Positions 12,096-22,558 of a stretch of DNA of 64,000 bases are shown in pieces (positions within the stretch are counted from its first letter, which is position 1; each line of letters starts with the position of its first letter). The notes under the pieces are model-generated. The model was not told the origin of the DNA and did no database searches. It was given only the letters and a program-made list of their open reading frames with translations. This DNA comes from Azolla caroliniana (taxonomy: Eukaryota > Plantae > Polypodiophyta): assembly GCA_043228905.1 (NCBI GenBank), contig JBHGNT010000014.1, forward strand, positions 5,890,001 to 5,954,000, read 5' to 3'. Both the position numbers and the translations under genes were made by a program.

Positions 12096-14669
12096 CTAAG
12101 AACACCGAGGACTTAGGTTAAGGCATAGGCTTACCTCCATGTCAAACTTCCAGACCCACATTTCCATCATACTTTTGTCCCTAACCATTGTCACATCACA
12201 TGGTACAATCATGGACCTCCTCCTCCCTCCCTTCATCCACTCGAGGTTCACGCATCCCGAGAAGGCGGACACCCCCCTCGGCATCTTCTCGGCGCAGCAC
12301 AGGAAGGTGAGCTCCGGCATGGCCGCACTGCTCCCATCATCTAGCATTTGCTTGAACGCGCCATTCATCCACCTCACCCGGCTACCACAATCGCTTATAA
12401 AAGAGGGCTCCTTCTCTTCGGCCAGCCTTGCCTCAACTGCCTCCACCGCCTCTACAGGCTCCAGGCCCTCGGGCCCCGTGTGGATATCCGTCACTCTCTC
12501 CAGTGTCACGGTTGTTAGTTGCCTCGGCACTTGTATGTACATCATCGGTGGCACGGCCGCATTTGAATTGCAACTCTCCTTGGCACACAAATCGGGAGCG
12601 GCCGATGGGCCCACACCCGAGCACAAGCCCGGGGGTTGCACATTCGAAATGGTATCAGGCACCGGGGCCATACTACCCGAGACCTCGCCGAGCCTCAAAC
12701 AAAGCTCCTTTGTGGACTCCACACCACCGCCATCGTCGTCCACACTACTTATGGATTCCCCTCCGTGATGAATCGTTCCTCCACGGCCGGCCCCGGCCGC
12801 GCCCGCCTGATCTTGTATGACTAGCTTCTTCAAGAATCCCCACAAGGTAGCTTGCTTCGTCTTGGCCATACCACTACTACCGATCCGGCCCTCGCTCACA
12901 GCCTGTGCCTCCAGCTGCCCGCCTGTACAAACCGGGAGCTCAAAACTTCCCAGCGGAGTCGGGTGCCCGAGTGGGTCAATGTACGGCCCCTTGCTACTGC
13001 CCGACGAAGACCTCTGAGACGCTGTCTTTAGGGCTCGGTCGTACGCTTTGTTGTACCATATCGCACGGTGGCATTCTTCGAGGAGCACGACGGGATCAGT
13101 GGAGCCACCATAGACCTGGTCCAAATACGACCTGTCGATAACCGTTCCATGAGGTATGGACGCGGGCCGTGTGGAGAAGGAGCAACCTGAGGCAGTGTTA
13201 ATGAGGAAGGGATTGTTGTAGGAGGAGGAGGATGTGGCGGAGCCGGAGCCGGAGCCGGAGGGAGTGGCCGCTGACACATGGTTATGTCTATTTGTGGAGG
13301 TGGGAGCAGGGGCATTACTGGTTTTGTTGGAGTACATGGCGGAATGTACAGGAGATTCCGCCTTGGAGGGCGTGTTGGGAAGAAGGGGAAGGGTTACCAA
13401 TTCAATCTCAGGTTCTGTTGCCGAGGGAGGAGGAGGAAGAGGAGGCGGGGGCCAGCTTGAGGAAGAATCAACCGGTGGTGGCAACCCCCGCTTCGGCCCC
13501 CAATTACTACTACTTGTACTCAATTCTTGCACTCCAGCTGCTCCTCCTCCCCCGCTGCCACCACCGCTTATTACACTTGATCTCGCTTGCATCAAAGACT
13601 GCACATCAGCCACAGTCGGGAGACGAGTAATTCCCCTTATCATCTCCGTGAATCCTCCCCCCGACACCCCCCCACCGCTTGTCACAGAAGTAGACTTCAA
13701 AGTGGCTCCACAGCTAGAATTCGCAGCTGCCGCCCTCTCCATGAATGCCGCCACATCCTTTTGCAGCATCATGCTACTATTCCTTCCCGAGCCGGAGCCG
13801 GAGCCGGAGGCACTGGGACTACTAGTGCTCATTCCTTGCATCAGAGAAGGAGGAGGAGGAGGTGGTGGTGGTGGAGGGGTGCTTTGGAACGTTCGCTTGT
13901 ATAATTGGGGGCGATGCACGTCGGGAGTTAAGAAGAGGCCTTGTTGATCTGATGGATGAGGGATCGTGGCGAGGCGACCATGGCCATGGCCATAGCCATA
14001 GCCATAGCCAGAGCTGGAAGTGGCACCGCCCCAGCAAACCTCTGCCGATGAGTTCCCTCTCTTGACCCTACCACCATCCGACACATCCATCCCAGAATCG
14101 GTTTCAGCCAAAGTGCCCCCACCGCTCATCCCATAGTATTGTGTCGAAGATCGGTGAGAAGAAGAAGAAGCATATTGACCTCCTGCCCTGGGGCTAGATC
14201 GGCTACCTGTCATCATGAGATCTCGCAATGGAACCACGCCATCCAAGGAGTTCCCCTGGGTGGACAAGGAGCTACTAGTCCCGCCAGGGCCCCCGGATGA
14301 GCCACCAGCCGGGAAAGCCCCGACGATCCCGCCTCCTAATTGTACATCAGATTTGGCCGGGGCCATTAATTTGGGCACTTTTGTGGCTGTGGACATGCCA
14401 CTGTCACCACCGCTGCCACGGCGCTTGCGGAGCCGTTTGCTGCATTTCCCTGCCGAAGATGTGAAGGAGTCGAGCGAAGAGTTTGCTGCATATGTGCCCG
14501 AGGAAGGGTCGGTGGTGCCGCCGGCCATGCTTCCTGTGGATGCCGGAGGCAGGAGCGGGGGCGGGACTGGCTTGGGGGCGATCGGACGATACCTAGACAT
14601 GATAAGGTCGGCCATTGAAGGGTAGTTGCTGTTGTTGTTGTTGCTGCTGCTGCTGTTGTTATTAAACAT
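12096..14669 (-). CDS. Uncharacterised plant protein, 857 aa, RPIAPKP-motif / DUF7950-like family; long S/G/P-rich low-complexity middle
   Basis: Uninterrupted 2.57-kb GC-rich ORF. N-terminal IMSRYRPIAPKP, central VTLPLLP, C-terminal domain TVTLERVTD...PSFISD...VRWMNGAFKQM...AFSGCVNLEW...VPCDV...WKFD. These are motifs I recognise from a land-plant family of unknown function; the family name is from memory and unverified. Confidence 0.88.
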   Translation of the reverse strand: MFNNNSSSSNNNNSNYPSMADLIMSRYRPIAPKPVPPPLLPPASTGSMAGGTTDPSSGTYAANSSLDSFTSSAGKCSKRLRKRRGSGGDSGMSTATKVPKLMAPAKSDVQLGGGIVGAFPAGGSSGGPGGTSSSLSTQGNSLDGVVPLRDLMMTGSRSSPRAGGQYASSSSHRSSTQYYGMSGGGTLAETDSGMDVSDGGRVKRGNSSAEVCWGGATSSSGYGYGYGHGHGRLATIPHPSDQQGLFLTPDVHRPQLYKRTFQSTPPPPPPPPPPSLMQGMSTSSPSASGSGSGSGRNSSMMLQKDVAAFMERAAAANSSCGATLKSTSVTSGGGVSGGGFTEMIRGITRLPTVADVQSLMQARSSVISGGGSGGGGAAGVQELSTSSSNWGPKRGLPPPVDSSSSWPPPPLPPPPSATEPEIELVTLPLLPNTPSKAESPVHSAMYSNKTSNAPAPTSTNRHNHVSAATPSGSGSGSATSSSSYNNPFLINTASGCSFSTRPASIPHGTVIDRSYLDQVYGGSTDPVVLLEECHRAIWYNKAYDRALKTASQRSSSGSSKGPYIDPLGHPTPLGSFELPVCTGGQLEAQAVSEGRIGSSGMAKTKQATLWGFLKKLVIQDQAGAAGAGRGGTIHHGGESISSVDDDGGGVESTKELCLRLGEVSGSMAPVPDTISNVQPPGLCSGVGPSAAPDLCAKESCNSNAAVPPMMYIQVPRQLTTVTLERVTDIHTGPEGLEPVEAVEAVEARLAEEKEPSFISDCGSRVRWMNGAFKQMLDDGSSAAMPELTFLCCAEKMPRGVSAFSGCVNLEWMKGGRRRSMIVPCDVTMVRDKSMMEMWVWKFDMEVSLCLNLSPRCS

Positions 14670-14671
14670 GG

Positions 14672-14796
14672 CTGCAAGTGTGAAAAGAGCAGAGATACTA
14701 TACTATATATAGGTGAGGCCCTGGAGGATTAATTAGCAGAAGCAATCGTCGAATTTCATGAGCCAAAACTAATAGAAACCAGTGATTTTGACTTAC
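14672..14796 (-). other. Predicted 125-bp 5' UTR intron ending 2 nt before the start codon
   Basis: Minus strand donor CTG|GTAAGT at 14796. Pyrimidine tract and acceptor TTGCAG|CCATG at 14672. The upstream exon has an in-frame stop and no in-frame ATG. Confidence 0.7.
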
Positions 14797-15183
14797 CAGG
14801 TAGACAAGAGGCAGATGAAGATGGAGCTACGAGATATGAATATAACGTGCTACATCGATTTTAACTTAGATCATGGGTGGGGCGGGGGGTAGATAGAGAG
14901 AGAGAGAGAGGGGGGGGGGCGGGGCGGGGAATTCTACCATTAAGTTTCATGCCCAGAGAAACCAATGTTTTGGTTTGGGAGAGACAGAGAGACAGAAGAA
15001 GAGGGAGGGAGGGAAGGATCCACAGAGAAAGAAAGGAGAAGAAGATCCGCAGGGAAAGAAAGGAAGAAGAAGGGAGAGAAGAGGAAAAGAAGAAGAGTCC
15101 TGCTAGATTTAGCGGCGCCGTTAAAATAGGGGGAGGGGAGGGGGTGCGGTGTGTGTGGTGTGGGTACGAGCGCCAGAGGATTG

Positions 15184-15540
15184 GCCACCTGTCAGCCCCC
15201 CCGCCTAGGCCCAGCCGATAGAAACCCGACACGTCAGCACGCCTAGTGAATCGATGCGGAGCCCTCCCCCACCAACGCGTTCTTGACACGTGCCCCCCCA
15301 AAATCTTTTTCCCCTTCCTACTTTTTATTTTTATTTGGTTAAATGTCTTCCCTTCCCAGTTCCTTTGTTTTTTTCTGGTTTTTATCATTTTATTTAGCCA
15401 TTAGTTTTCTGATATCGATGTTTTTTAATCCGCTGATTGCCGATGAAGTAGCGAGGCTTCTAACTTTAGACGAGAGGCTGTCGTCCTGCCACGTAACATC
15501 CACGTGCTGTTCAGCCAATCAGCACCTTCGCCACGTCATC
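15184..15540. promoter_or_regulatory. Cluster of G-box/ACGT and CCAAT elements upstream of the host gene
   Basis: GACACGTCA 15228, GACACGTGCC 15285, GCCACGTA 15488, CCACGTG 15500, AGCCAATCAG 15513, GCCACGTCATC 15530. GA-rich (CT-rich on the sense strand) leader at 14894-15097. Confidence 0.55.
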
Positions 15541-16188
15541 TGATCTTCCTCCCCCTCCAATACAGACAATATAAAGGGAAAAATATTATTATATGTTTTT
15601 TTTTCATTTATTTTTGTGGTGATATAGATATTATAGCGATTTATTTATGTTTCAGGTCGCTTTCACAATTTCAATTTGTTGTTCCTCTTTTCTTTCTTTT
15701 TCTCGCGTTCAATTCACACACAATCTCCCCTCCCCCCCAATCATATTCTCCTTTGTTGTTGCTTGACCAAAACCCCTTTGAACGCACCCCCAAGTTGCAC
15801 GTCCAAATCGCCCAACTTGCACCACGATCCGCTCCTGCTCTTGGCCACATCCATGATTTACTCACTCTTCGCCTCTCTCGAAAACCTGAACCGATGGCAC
15901 GACGGCCTCGACCTCTCTGGTTTCATTCCTTTGGATCTTGCTCACTAAGATCTCATCGTGTTGCCTGTCATTTCTTGTTTTAATGCAATCGCTTTGTTGG
16001 TTGAATGGAGGAGATCGTGTGGTGTTCAACAAGACCTCCTCTCCTATCTCCTGTTGCTAGTCCCTTCCCTCTAATGTGTTTATGTGTGTTGAGAAGTTTT
16101 GTCGTCCATTGCTGATCCATTGTTGGTTCATCATTCATGTCTCCATTATGGACTACGAGCTTTTTTTTGCCCACTTCACATTGATGAA

Positions 16189-16331
16189 TCAAGTATTCCT
16201 ATCCATGTGTTGTTTATCAATTATGGAGCTCCAACACTTGAACCCACCCTGAAAGAAGACTCAAGTATTCCTATCCATATGTGGTTATCGACTATGGAGC
16301 CCCAACACTCGAACCCACCCTGAAAGAAGTC
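16189..16331. repeat. 72-bp tandem duplication
   Basis: TCAAGTATTCCTATCCAT...CCCTGAAAGAAG at 16189 and 16261. Confidence 0.85.
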
Positions 16332-16912
16332 AAGACGCCCATTACTTTGTTAACAATTTGAGCACATATTTTTCATCTTCCCCTCGACGTGACATTTTTT
16401 AAATGCTCATGTCAATGAACAACTGCATGTTTTCCTCGATATTTAATAACCACAACCTTGTTTCCACATAAACAATAACTTCGTAGATTTGCAAAGCAAC
16501 ACATTAAGTTTTCCATGCTAAAGCCATCAACCTTGATGGTGTGGGCGAGTTTTTTTATTGTGTGCATTGTGAGGCTCATTATTCGTGTATAGACTTCTCT
16601 AGATCCTTTATTGCCACGTGTTTTAACTATTCCTATATTCTGGACAAGTTGTAGCTATTATTGTTTGCAGTTGTTATGAACTGCTCGATATGCTCAATTG
16701 AATAAACCGTAATATGTCCATTGTGTGGTGGACTTGTTTCTTGAGCATATCTATGGTTTGATTGTGACAATTTTCTTTCTTTTTGATGGGTTAAAATTGT
16801 TCGTATCTTTAGCTTATCTATTAGCAATAACCAACAAACAACTCACGATATTTCATGACATTGATTATACTTCATGCATGCATTCTTGTTCCTTCCTAGC
16901 TCATAAATTAAC

Positions 16913-17263
16913 AAACACAATAAATGCTCTTCGTGCCCAAAATTAAGCAAATTTTCTCAAGGTCATATTGGACTTACCAATCTACCTCCCTTTTTTAATG
17001 ATTGATTATGAAAATTGCGATAGATCAGGGCTTATATAAGCATTGTTTTTAAGGGCAAACCTTCATATCTCATTTTTCTTCTTTTTATGTGTAGAAACAC
17101 AATAAATGCTCTTCATGCCCAAATTAACAAATTTTCTCGAGTTTGTATCAGACTCACTAACCTACCTCCCTTTTTAATGATTGATTATGAAAATTGTGAT
17201 AAATTAGGGTCTATATAAGCTTTGTTTTTAATGGTGAACCTTCATATTTCATTTTTCTTCTTT
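16913..17263. repeat. ~182-bp diverged tandem duplication
   Basis: AAACACAATAAATGCTCTTC...CATTTTTCTTCTTT at ~16913 and ~17095. Confidence 0.85.
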
Positions 17264-18999
17264 GAACCATTTATAAAATGCAAAAGAAGATACATAGTGG
17301 TTTCGAAAAATGGAGGTGTCAAATGTAGTTATTTAACATGTTTATCCAACTTTCACTCTCATATCTTATAAACTCCTAACTTCAATTGTGCTTAAACATA
17401 AGTAATTACAACAATCATGGCTAACTTTATACATAATGTGATTCATAAATGTTGTAGATTTTTGCATCTACATTTTATTGAAAGAAAATATGCAAATTCT
17501 AGAATGAACATACCTATTATCCTTGACCTTGCCCTTTGGTGTAAGAACATATCAATCTACAATCAAGAAGACGTGCTCTACTTATCTCGATAAATTCATG
17601 ATGAAGGATTCCCTCATTTGCAAACATGATACTTTATATAAAGTTGCTTGTCTTCGACATACAATCAATACAAAACACTTTTCTTTCATCATACAAGTCT
17701 TTTCATTCACTACATTTGATCAAAGGGAAACATCAAATTGTCAAATTTCAAGAAGCAATACATGACCTTTTTAAAGACTCTTAATTTTCCATTTGTCCTC
17801 ACTAAGGAGTTCTTAGCATGTTTGGTTCTACTACATTTGTGATATACAACTTGCATTGGGATATTTTAGCAGTTTGGCGTTATTATTTGTAGTGCAACAC
17901 TTTTTTGATAGTTCTTTTCTTGTTTTCTTATATTAAAAGGCAATGGCGCAAATTAATAGGACATTACATGCTAAAATATGATGCCAAAACATTGCCTTTG
18001 ATTGGAATTGCGGGCATACATAAACATACACATGTCTTCATAACGGAACATTCCAAAAGTTCACATGTTTTTGGGCTTTCATGGTGAAATGAACATGCTA
18101 ATGGAATATAACTTGGAAGGCTAAAGCTACGAACCTAAAATGAAACTAAGCAAGGGAAAATGATGTTATGAACCAAACGTTGTTCAATGACTTTCTCAAT
18201 CCATCCATGACAAACACACTTAAATTAGTGGTTGTAAAAAACTAATCAGTGTGCAAGCACCCCATATGAATACGCGAATTGCACATTTTGGTAGTAAATG
18301 AAACGCTTTATAACCTTCGCGTAAATGGGTGGGATATCTTTCACATGCTTGTGTTCGTTTAGGAATATAACATAATAAGTAATTAAGTAAAATTTGTCAT
18401 TTATTGTTTGATAGTTGGGGCATTTTGCTTAAGTAGAAAGTGGAAAAGTACTTTGACATCAAGATGTCATAGACAATATGTAAATGCTTTTAGTTTTTGC
18501 ATACATTGTAGTTGTTGAGGTTCAATTGTAACAGAATAGGGAAGTGTTTAAGGGGAAAATTAGGGAAGAATATATTCTTAAAGGTCATAATCCATAACAT
18601 ACTAATAAAATCTAGATTTGATGTAGTATAGTGGAGATTGTAATAGGGGATGAATCCTAGGAGAAAATGTAGAAAAATTGGCAATTATGAATGTCGTTAT
18701 TTATAACATATTGATGAATAATCTAAAATCTGAACTATTGTAAGATTGTCTTTGTAATTGTTCAATGATCTCTTTAAATTTAGCGTGCCCCATTGTGATC
18801 GTGATTTTAAGAACAAAATAGAATTTGTTTTTTACAAAAGAATCCAAAAAGTATGCATACTGAATGAATTATAGCATAACAATTCTAAAGGAATGTAGTA
18901 TGCATTATGAATCGACAAATAGCGAATATTTTCTTTCTTTTTCTATTTACAAGAACATTAACCAATGCCAAATTCCAAGAATAATATCAATGTTAAAAC

Positions 19000-19500
19000 C
19001 TTTCCACAATTGAAGTGAAGTTTGAAAGAAACTTTGGTTGGAGCTTCACATAAACACTGTGCCTTTCACTTCGTACGACATTGAAGCAACACATTCTCAT
19101 ATTTGTAAGAAATAATCGACACCGATCATTTGGCCAACGATGGGGCCACCAAATTGTGTATTGAATGAGAGATGGTATACCGTATACATATGAAAAGCTA
19201 ATATTAAAAGGGTGTATAGGATTTTTTGGAGCATGGAGTTGAATGGGCCAAAGCCATGGAGCATTCATGTTTGAAGATTGGGCCCAAAATGTTCTTGACC
19301 TAAAACCATATAAAACATTTGTTTGTATTCAAAGTAAAGTCATATGTAGATGCTCATTGCGTATACATAACCCTAGTTTTCCTTATGCACAGACGCAAGA
19401 ACCACTACACCCATGTAGATTACTTGTTTTCAAGATACATGTACGCAAGAGGTAATAACTCCCAACCTTGCAATATGTAGTTGTCCACTACAAGTGATCT
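19000..19500 (-). pseudogene. Possible highly decayed MULE (Mutator) transposase fragment
   Basis: Minus-strand translation with stops: LLPLAYMYLENK*STWV*WFL and LTNMRMCCFNVVRSER, resembling MULE PLAFAvvE.E....W.WFL and TTN.sE.fN motifs. Confidence 0.3.
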
Positions 19501-20200
19501 CATAACACATCCTTGAATCACGTTTCTTCTATAAGCTACAATGCCTTGAATTTATTATATACCTCAATAGAGGAGTCATCATTTAAGATTAATGACCCAT
19601 GTCATCTTTGCTTGTGATTTATGTGCTTGAAATTATTTCCTTTAAGTGTTCTCATTATTTTTGGATATTGTGTAACCTTGTCTAAATATCTAGTGAGCCT
19701 TTAATTGTGGAACAAAGTAGAACCAACATCAAAACCTTGTAAGGATATAAAATATGTTGTTCACATATATTACAATTGAAATTTAATGATAGTAAAGAAG
19801 TGAGTATGAGTTCAAAATTGTTGGTTTTCAACATTATTCATGAAGTACAAATTGGAAAGGGACAAGGATCGGTTGAACAAATTTAATTTCTTGCTACTTG
19901 TAAAGTTGATTTTTAATGCACATTCAAATTTCCTTCATTAATCTGAGAAGAGTTGAGTGCATCAAGGCACCAATACCTCATTGCTTAAGCTTCTTTGTTT
20001 GGAAATATCTTTATTATAGTGGCAAAACATATCTAGAGAACTAGTTTCTTCCATGAAACTTTCAACATTGTGAACTTATGGTTCTATTATATAAGATACG
20101 GGAAACATAACACTCAAAATGAGCGCCATGAATGTAATATCAATCCTTGAACCTATGCAATTTTTGTTCATGTAATCTTAAAACAATGGATGTATATGAT

Positions 20201-20514
20201 TAGGAATTGGCAATAGCTCGGCTCAAGCTTGAATTGAACCGTTAAACCATTTTTAATGGTTTTGCTGTTCATTTCGTTTCGGTTTAGGCTTGAGCTTCCT
20301 TAATTGGGTTGAGCTTGGTTTGGGATGGCTCAAGCCGAATCAAACCGATTTGGGCTAAACCAGTTAAGGCTTAATCGGCTTGGGTAAACCAGTTTTGTTA
20401 GCCTTAACCTTTCCGGTTCAAGTTTGGAAACTCCCAAATTGGTTAAGGCTTAACTCATTAGGTTTGGACAAGACCAAACCGGTTAAGACAAAACTGAACC
20501 ATTGCCAATTCCTA
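20201..20514. mobile_element. Non-autonomous hAT-type MITE, 314 bp
   Basis: 14-bp TIRs TAGGAATTGGCAAT / ATTGCCAATTCCTA. 8-bp TSD TATATGAT/GATATGAT (1 mismatch). Internal AAACCG/CGGTTT-like subterminal repeats. Confidence 0.85.
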
Positions 20515-21792
20515 GATATGATCCCAACTAGTGACATAAGCATAAATGGATTAGACCCATAACAAAATATAAATAGACCAAATTTAAGTAAAAGAAAGCT
20601 AAATAGATTGGATTGAAGAACTCATTCCTCTCGACCATTCTTGAACTATGATCAAGACATAGTCAACATACCACCGACATCCCATACCAATATATATTAG
20701 GATTGACTAGTACCATGGAAGAGGTTGTTGGGAGACAGGTCCCTCCGGATGGGAAGGGTGAAGAACAGTGCTGAAACCGGATGAGGAGTACTTGGCTACG
20801 GAGAGCCGGATGGTGCAGACCCGGTGAGAAGCGCTCTCTGGATGAAGAGACATATTTGTAAATATGTTTCCGAGAGTCCATCGTGGCTATATTTGTAAAT
20901 AGCCGAAAAGTCATATTAGTATAAATATGACTTAGGGCAAACCTTTAGAAGTGTAGTTGTTATTCTTGTTTGCGCGAGATTAGAGCGCGTAACTGTGTAC
21001 AGTGAGAGAGAGAGAGAAAGAGGTCGTTGCCTCTGTTGTAATCGCTGCCTGTGGTGAGGATCGTGAGCACGAGGTCGTTGCCTCCGTGAACTCACTATTG
21101 TACATTCTAGCATAGTGATAGTTTGTAGCCTGTGGGCTGCCGTGGTTTTTTCCCTAGTTTGGGTTTTTTCCACGTAAACATCTTGTGTACTCTTCTCTTC
21201 TCTGTGTCGTGTTTATTTCCCGTTTTTCTGTGTATGATTCTAAGCTCAAGTGTGGCCGAGCGGAGCGCATAAGGAGCGACAGTTCCCGTCAAGTGGTATC
21301 GGAGCGAAACAACACAGAAAATGGATGAATCGTTTGGCGGCATGTTCAAGCTCACCGGCTCCAACTATTCGGTATGGAAGTCGAAGATGAGGGACATGCT
21401 CGTGGTTAAAGATCTTTGGTTGCCGGTTCAGTTTGGGGACAAGAGACCGGACAAAATCGATGCCACGGTATGGGAGGTGATGCACATGAAGACAACGACA
21501 TACATACGGTGCTTCATCGACATGAGCCTATACAACAACTTCAATGAAGAGAGCAAGGCTCATGAGCTCTGGGAGAAGATCGGCATAATGTTTCAAAACA
21601 AAAACGCTGTTAATCAGGTTTCGGTATTCCGGAAGCTAGTAAGACTCCGGTACCAAGATGGCTCCAGCATGGCGGAGCGCATGAATGCCTTCGAGGGGCT
21701 GATCCACCAGGTAACATCATTGGAGGTACCTCTTGCCGATGAGGTACTAGCACTACTCCTGCTCGGTTCCCTCCCAGATAGCTGGGAGACGT

Positions 21793-22558
21793 TGTCGTAG
21801 TGTAGGTTGCACACTATGTGGAAATTATATTTTTGTCCCTCCGGATAGAGAATGGAGTGCTCGGTGAGAACCGGAAGAAAACGGCATACCGGCAAGGAAG
21901 AGCCGGATAAAGAGACATAAATGTAAAAAAGAAGAAGGAAATACTCACTACTGCGCAGGGCGTGATTCGAACTCTGCACCTCCACGTTGACAAACCCCAA
22001 CCTTACCATTACATTAACTTATCTTAAGTGTTTTAAATATAGATTTAATACGTATAAGACCTTTATTTATGCATACCTTTATTAAAAGGTAAATCGTGTA
22101 TTTTTTTAATATATGAAAAAGAAAAAAACACGAGACACTAAAAATAACTCATGCACATCTAGCGTGCATGAGCCCTATACTTAGGAAATAAAAAAGCATC
22201 ACATGCACATTTAGTGGACATGAACACTTTTTGTAAAAAAAAAAGCATGAAGCCATGCTTAGCTCTTCCTTCCTTATATAAGGAGGAGAGAAATATATAA
22301 AGGGTTGTTGATTATTTGGATTAAGTATTAATCAATACAAAAATTATTCGTGGGATTCACGATTTATACATCTACTTCTCTCTTAACACCCTAAGTACCA
22401 ATTAATATAGTATACTCGTGTGATTCACGAGTTTCTTATCTTTCTCTTTGCTATTTACTCATAATTAATCTCTATCTCACGAACTTCTTTCTCCTAGTCC
22501 AAGACCTCTGTGGTTCCCACCCGACTCACGCAACGATCCGGAGCCGAAAGGCACGACA
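21793..22558 (+). mobile_element. Solo gypsy-type LTR (LTR-A, 766 bp) nested in Copia-1 gag, 4-bp TSD ACGT
   Basis: TGTCGT...ACGACA flanked by ACGT (21789-21792, 22559-22562). Removing it restores PDSWETLVVTLGN as in the sister copy. Confidence 0.92.
21953..22018 (-). other. tRNA-like module (A box and B box) inside LTR-A
   Basis: Minus strand TAATGTAATGGTAAG...GGAGGTGCAGAGTTCGAATC, followed by a T-run. Stems are degenerate, so it is not a functional tRNA. Confidence 0.6.

Noticed and set aside
12139-14677. Many antisense and alternate-frame ORFs overlapping the 857-aa gene
   Set aside because: Expected shadow ORFs of GC-rich, low-complexity coding sequence; no independent motifs.
14861-15388. 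175-aa and 114-aa ORFs upstream of the gene
   Set aside because: They derive from GA/CT-rich leader and promoter sequence, with no domain signal.
15515-15535. Canonical ERSE element
   Set aside because: CCAAT to CCACG spacing is 11 nt rather than 9.
21953-22018. Functional tRNA gene (Asp/His-like); the same applies to 48062-48136 and 10465-10669
   Set aside because: Acceptor and anticodon stems do not pair; only A/B-box-like remnants remain.
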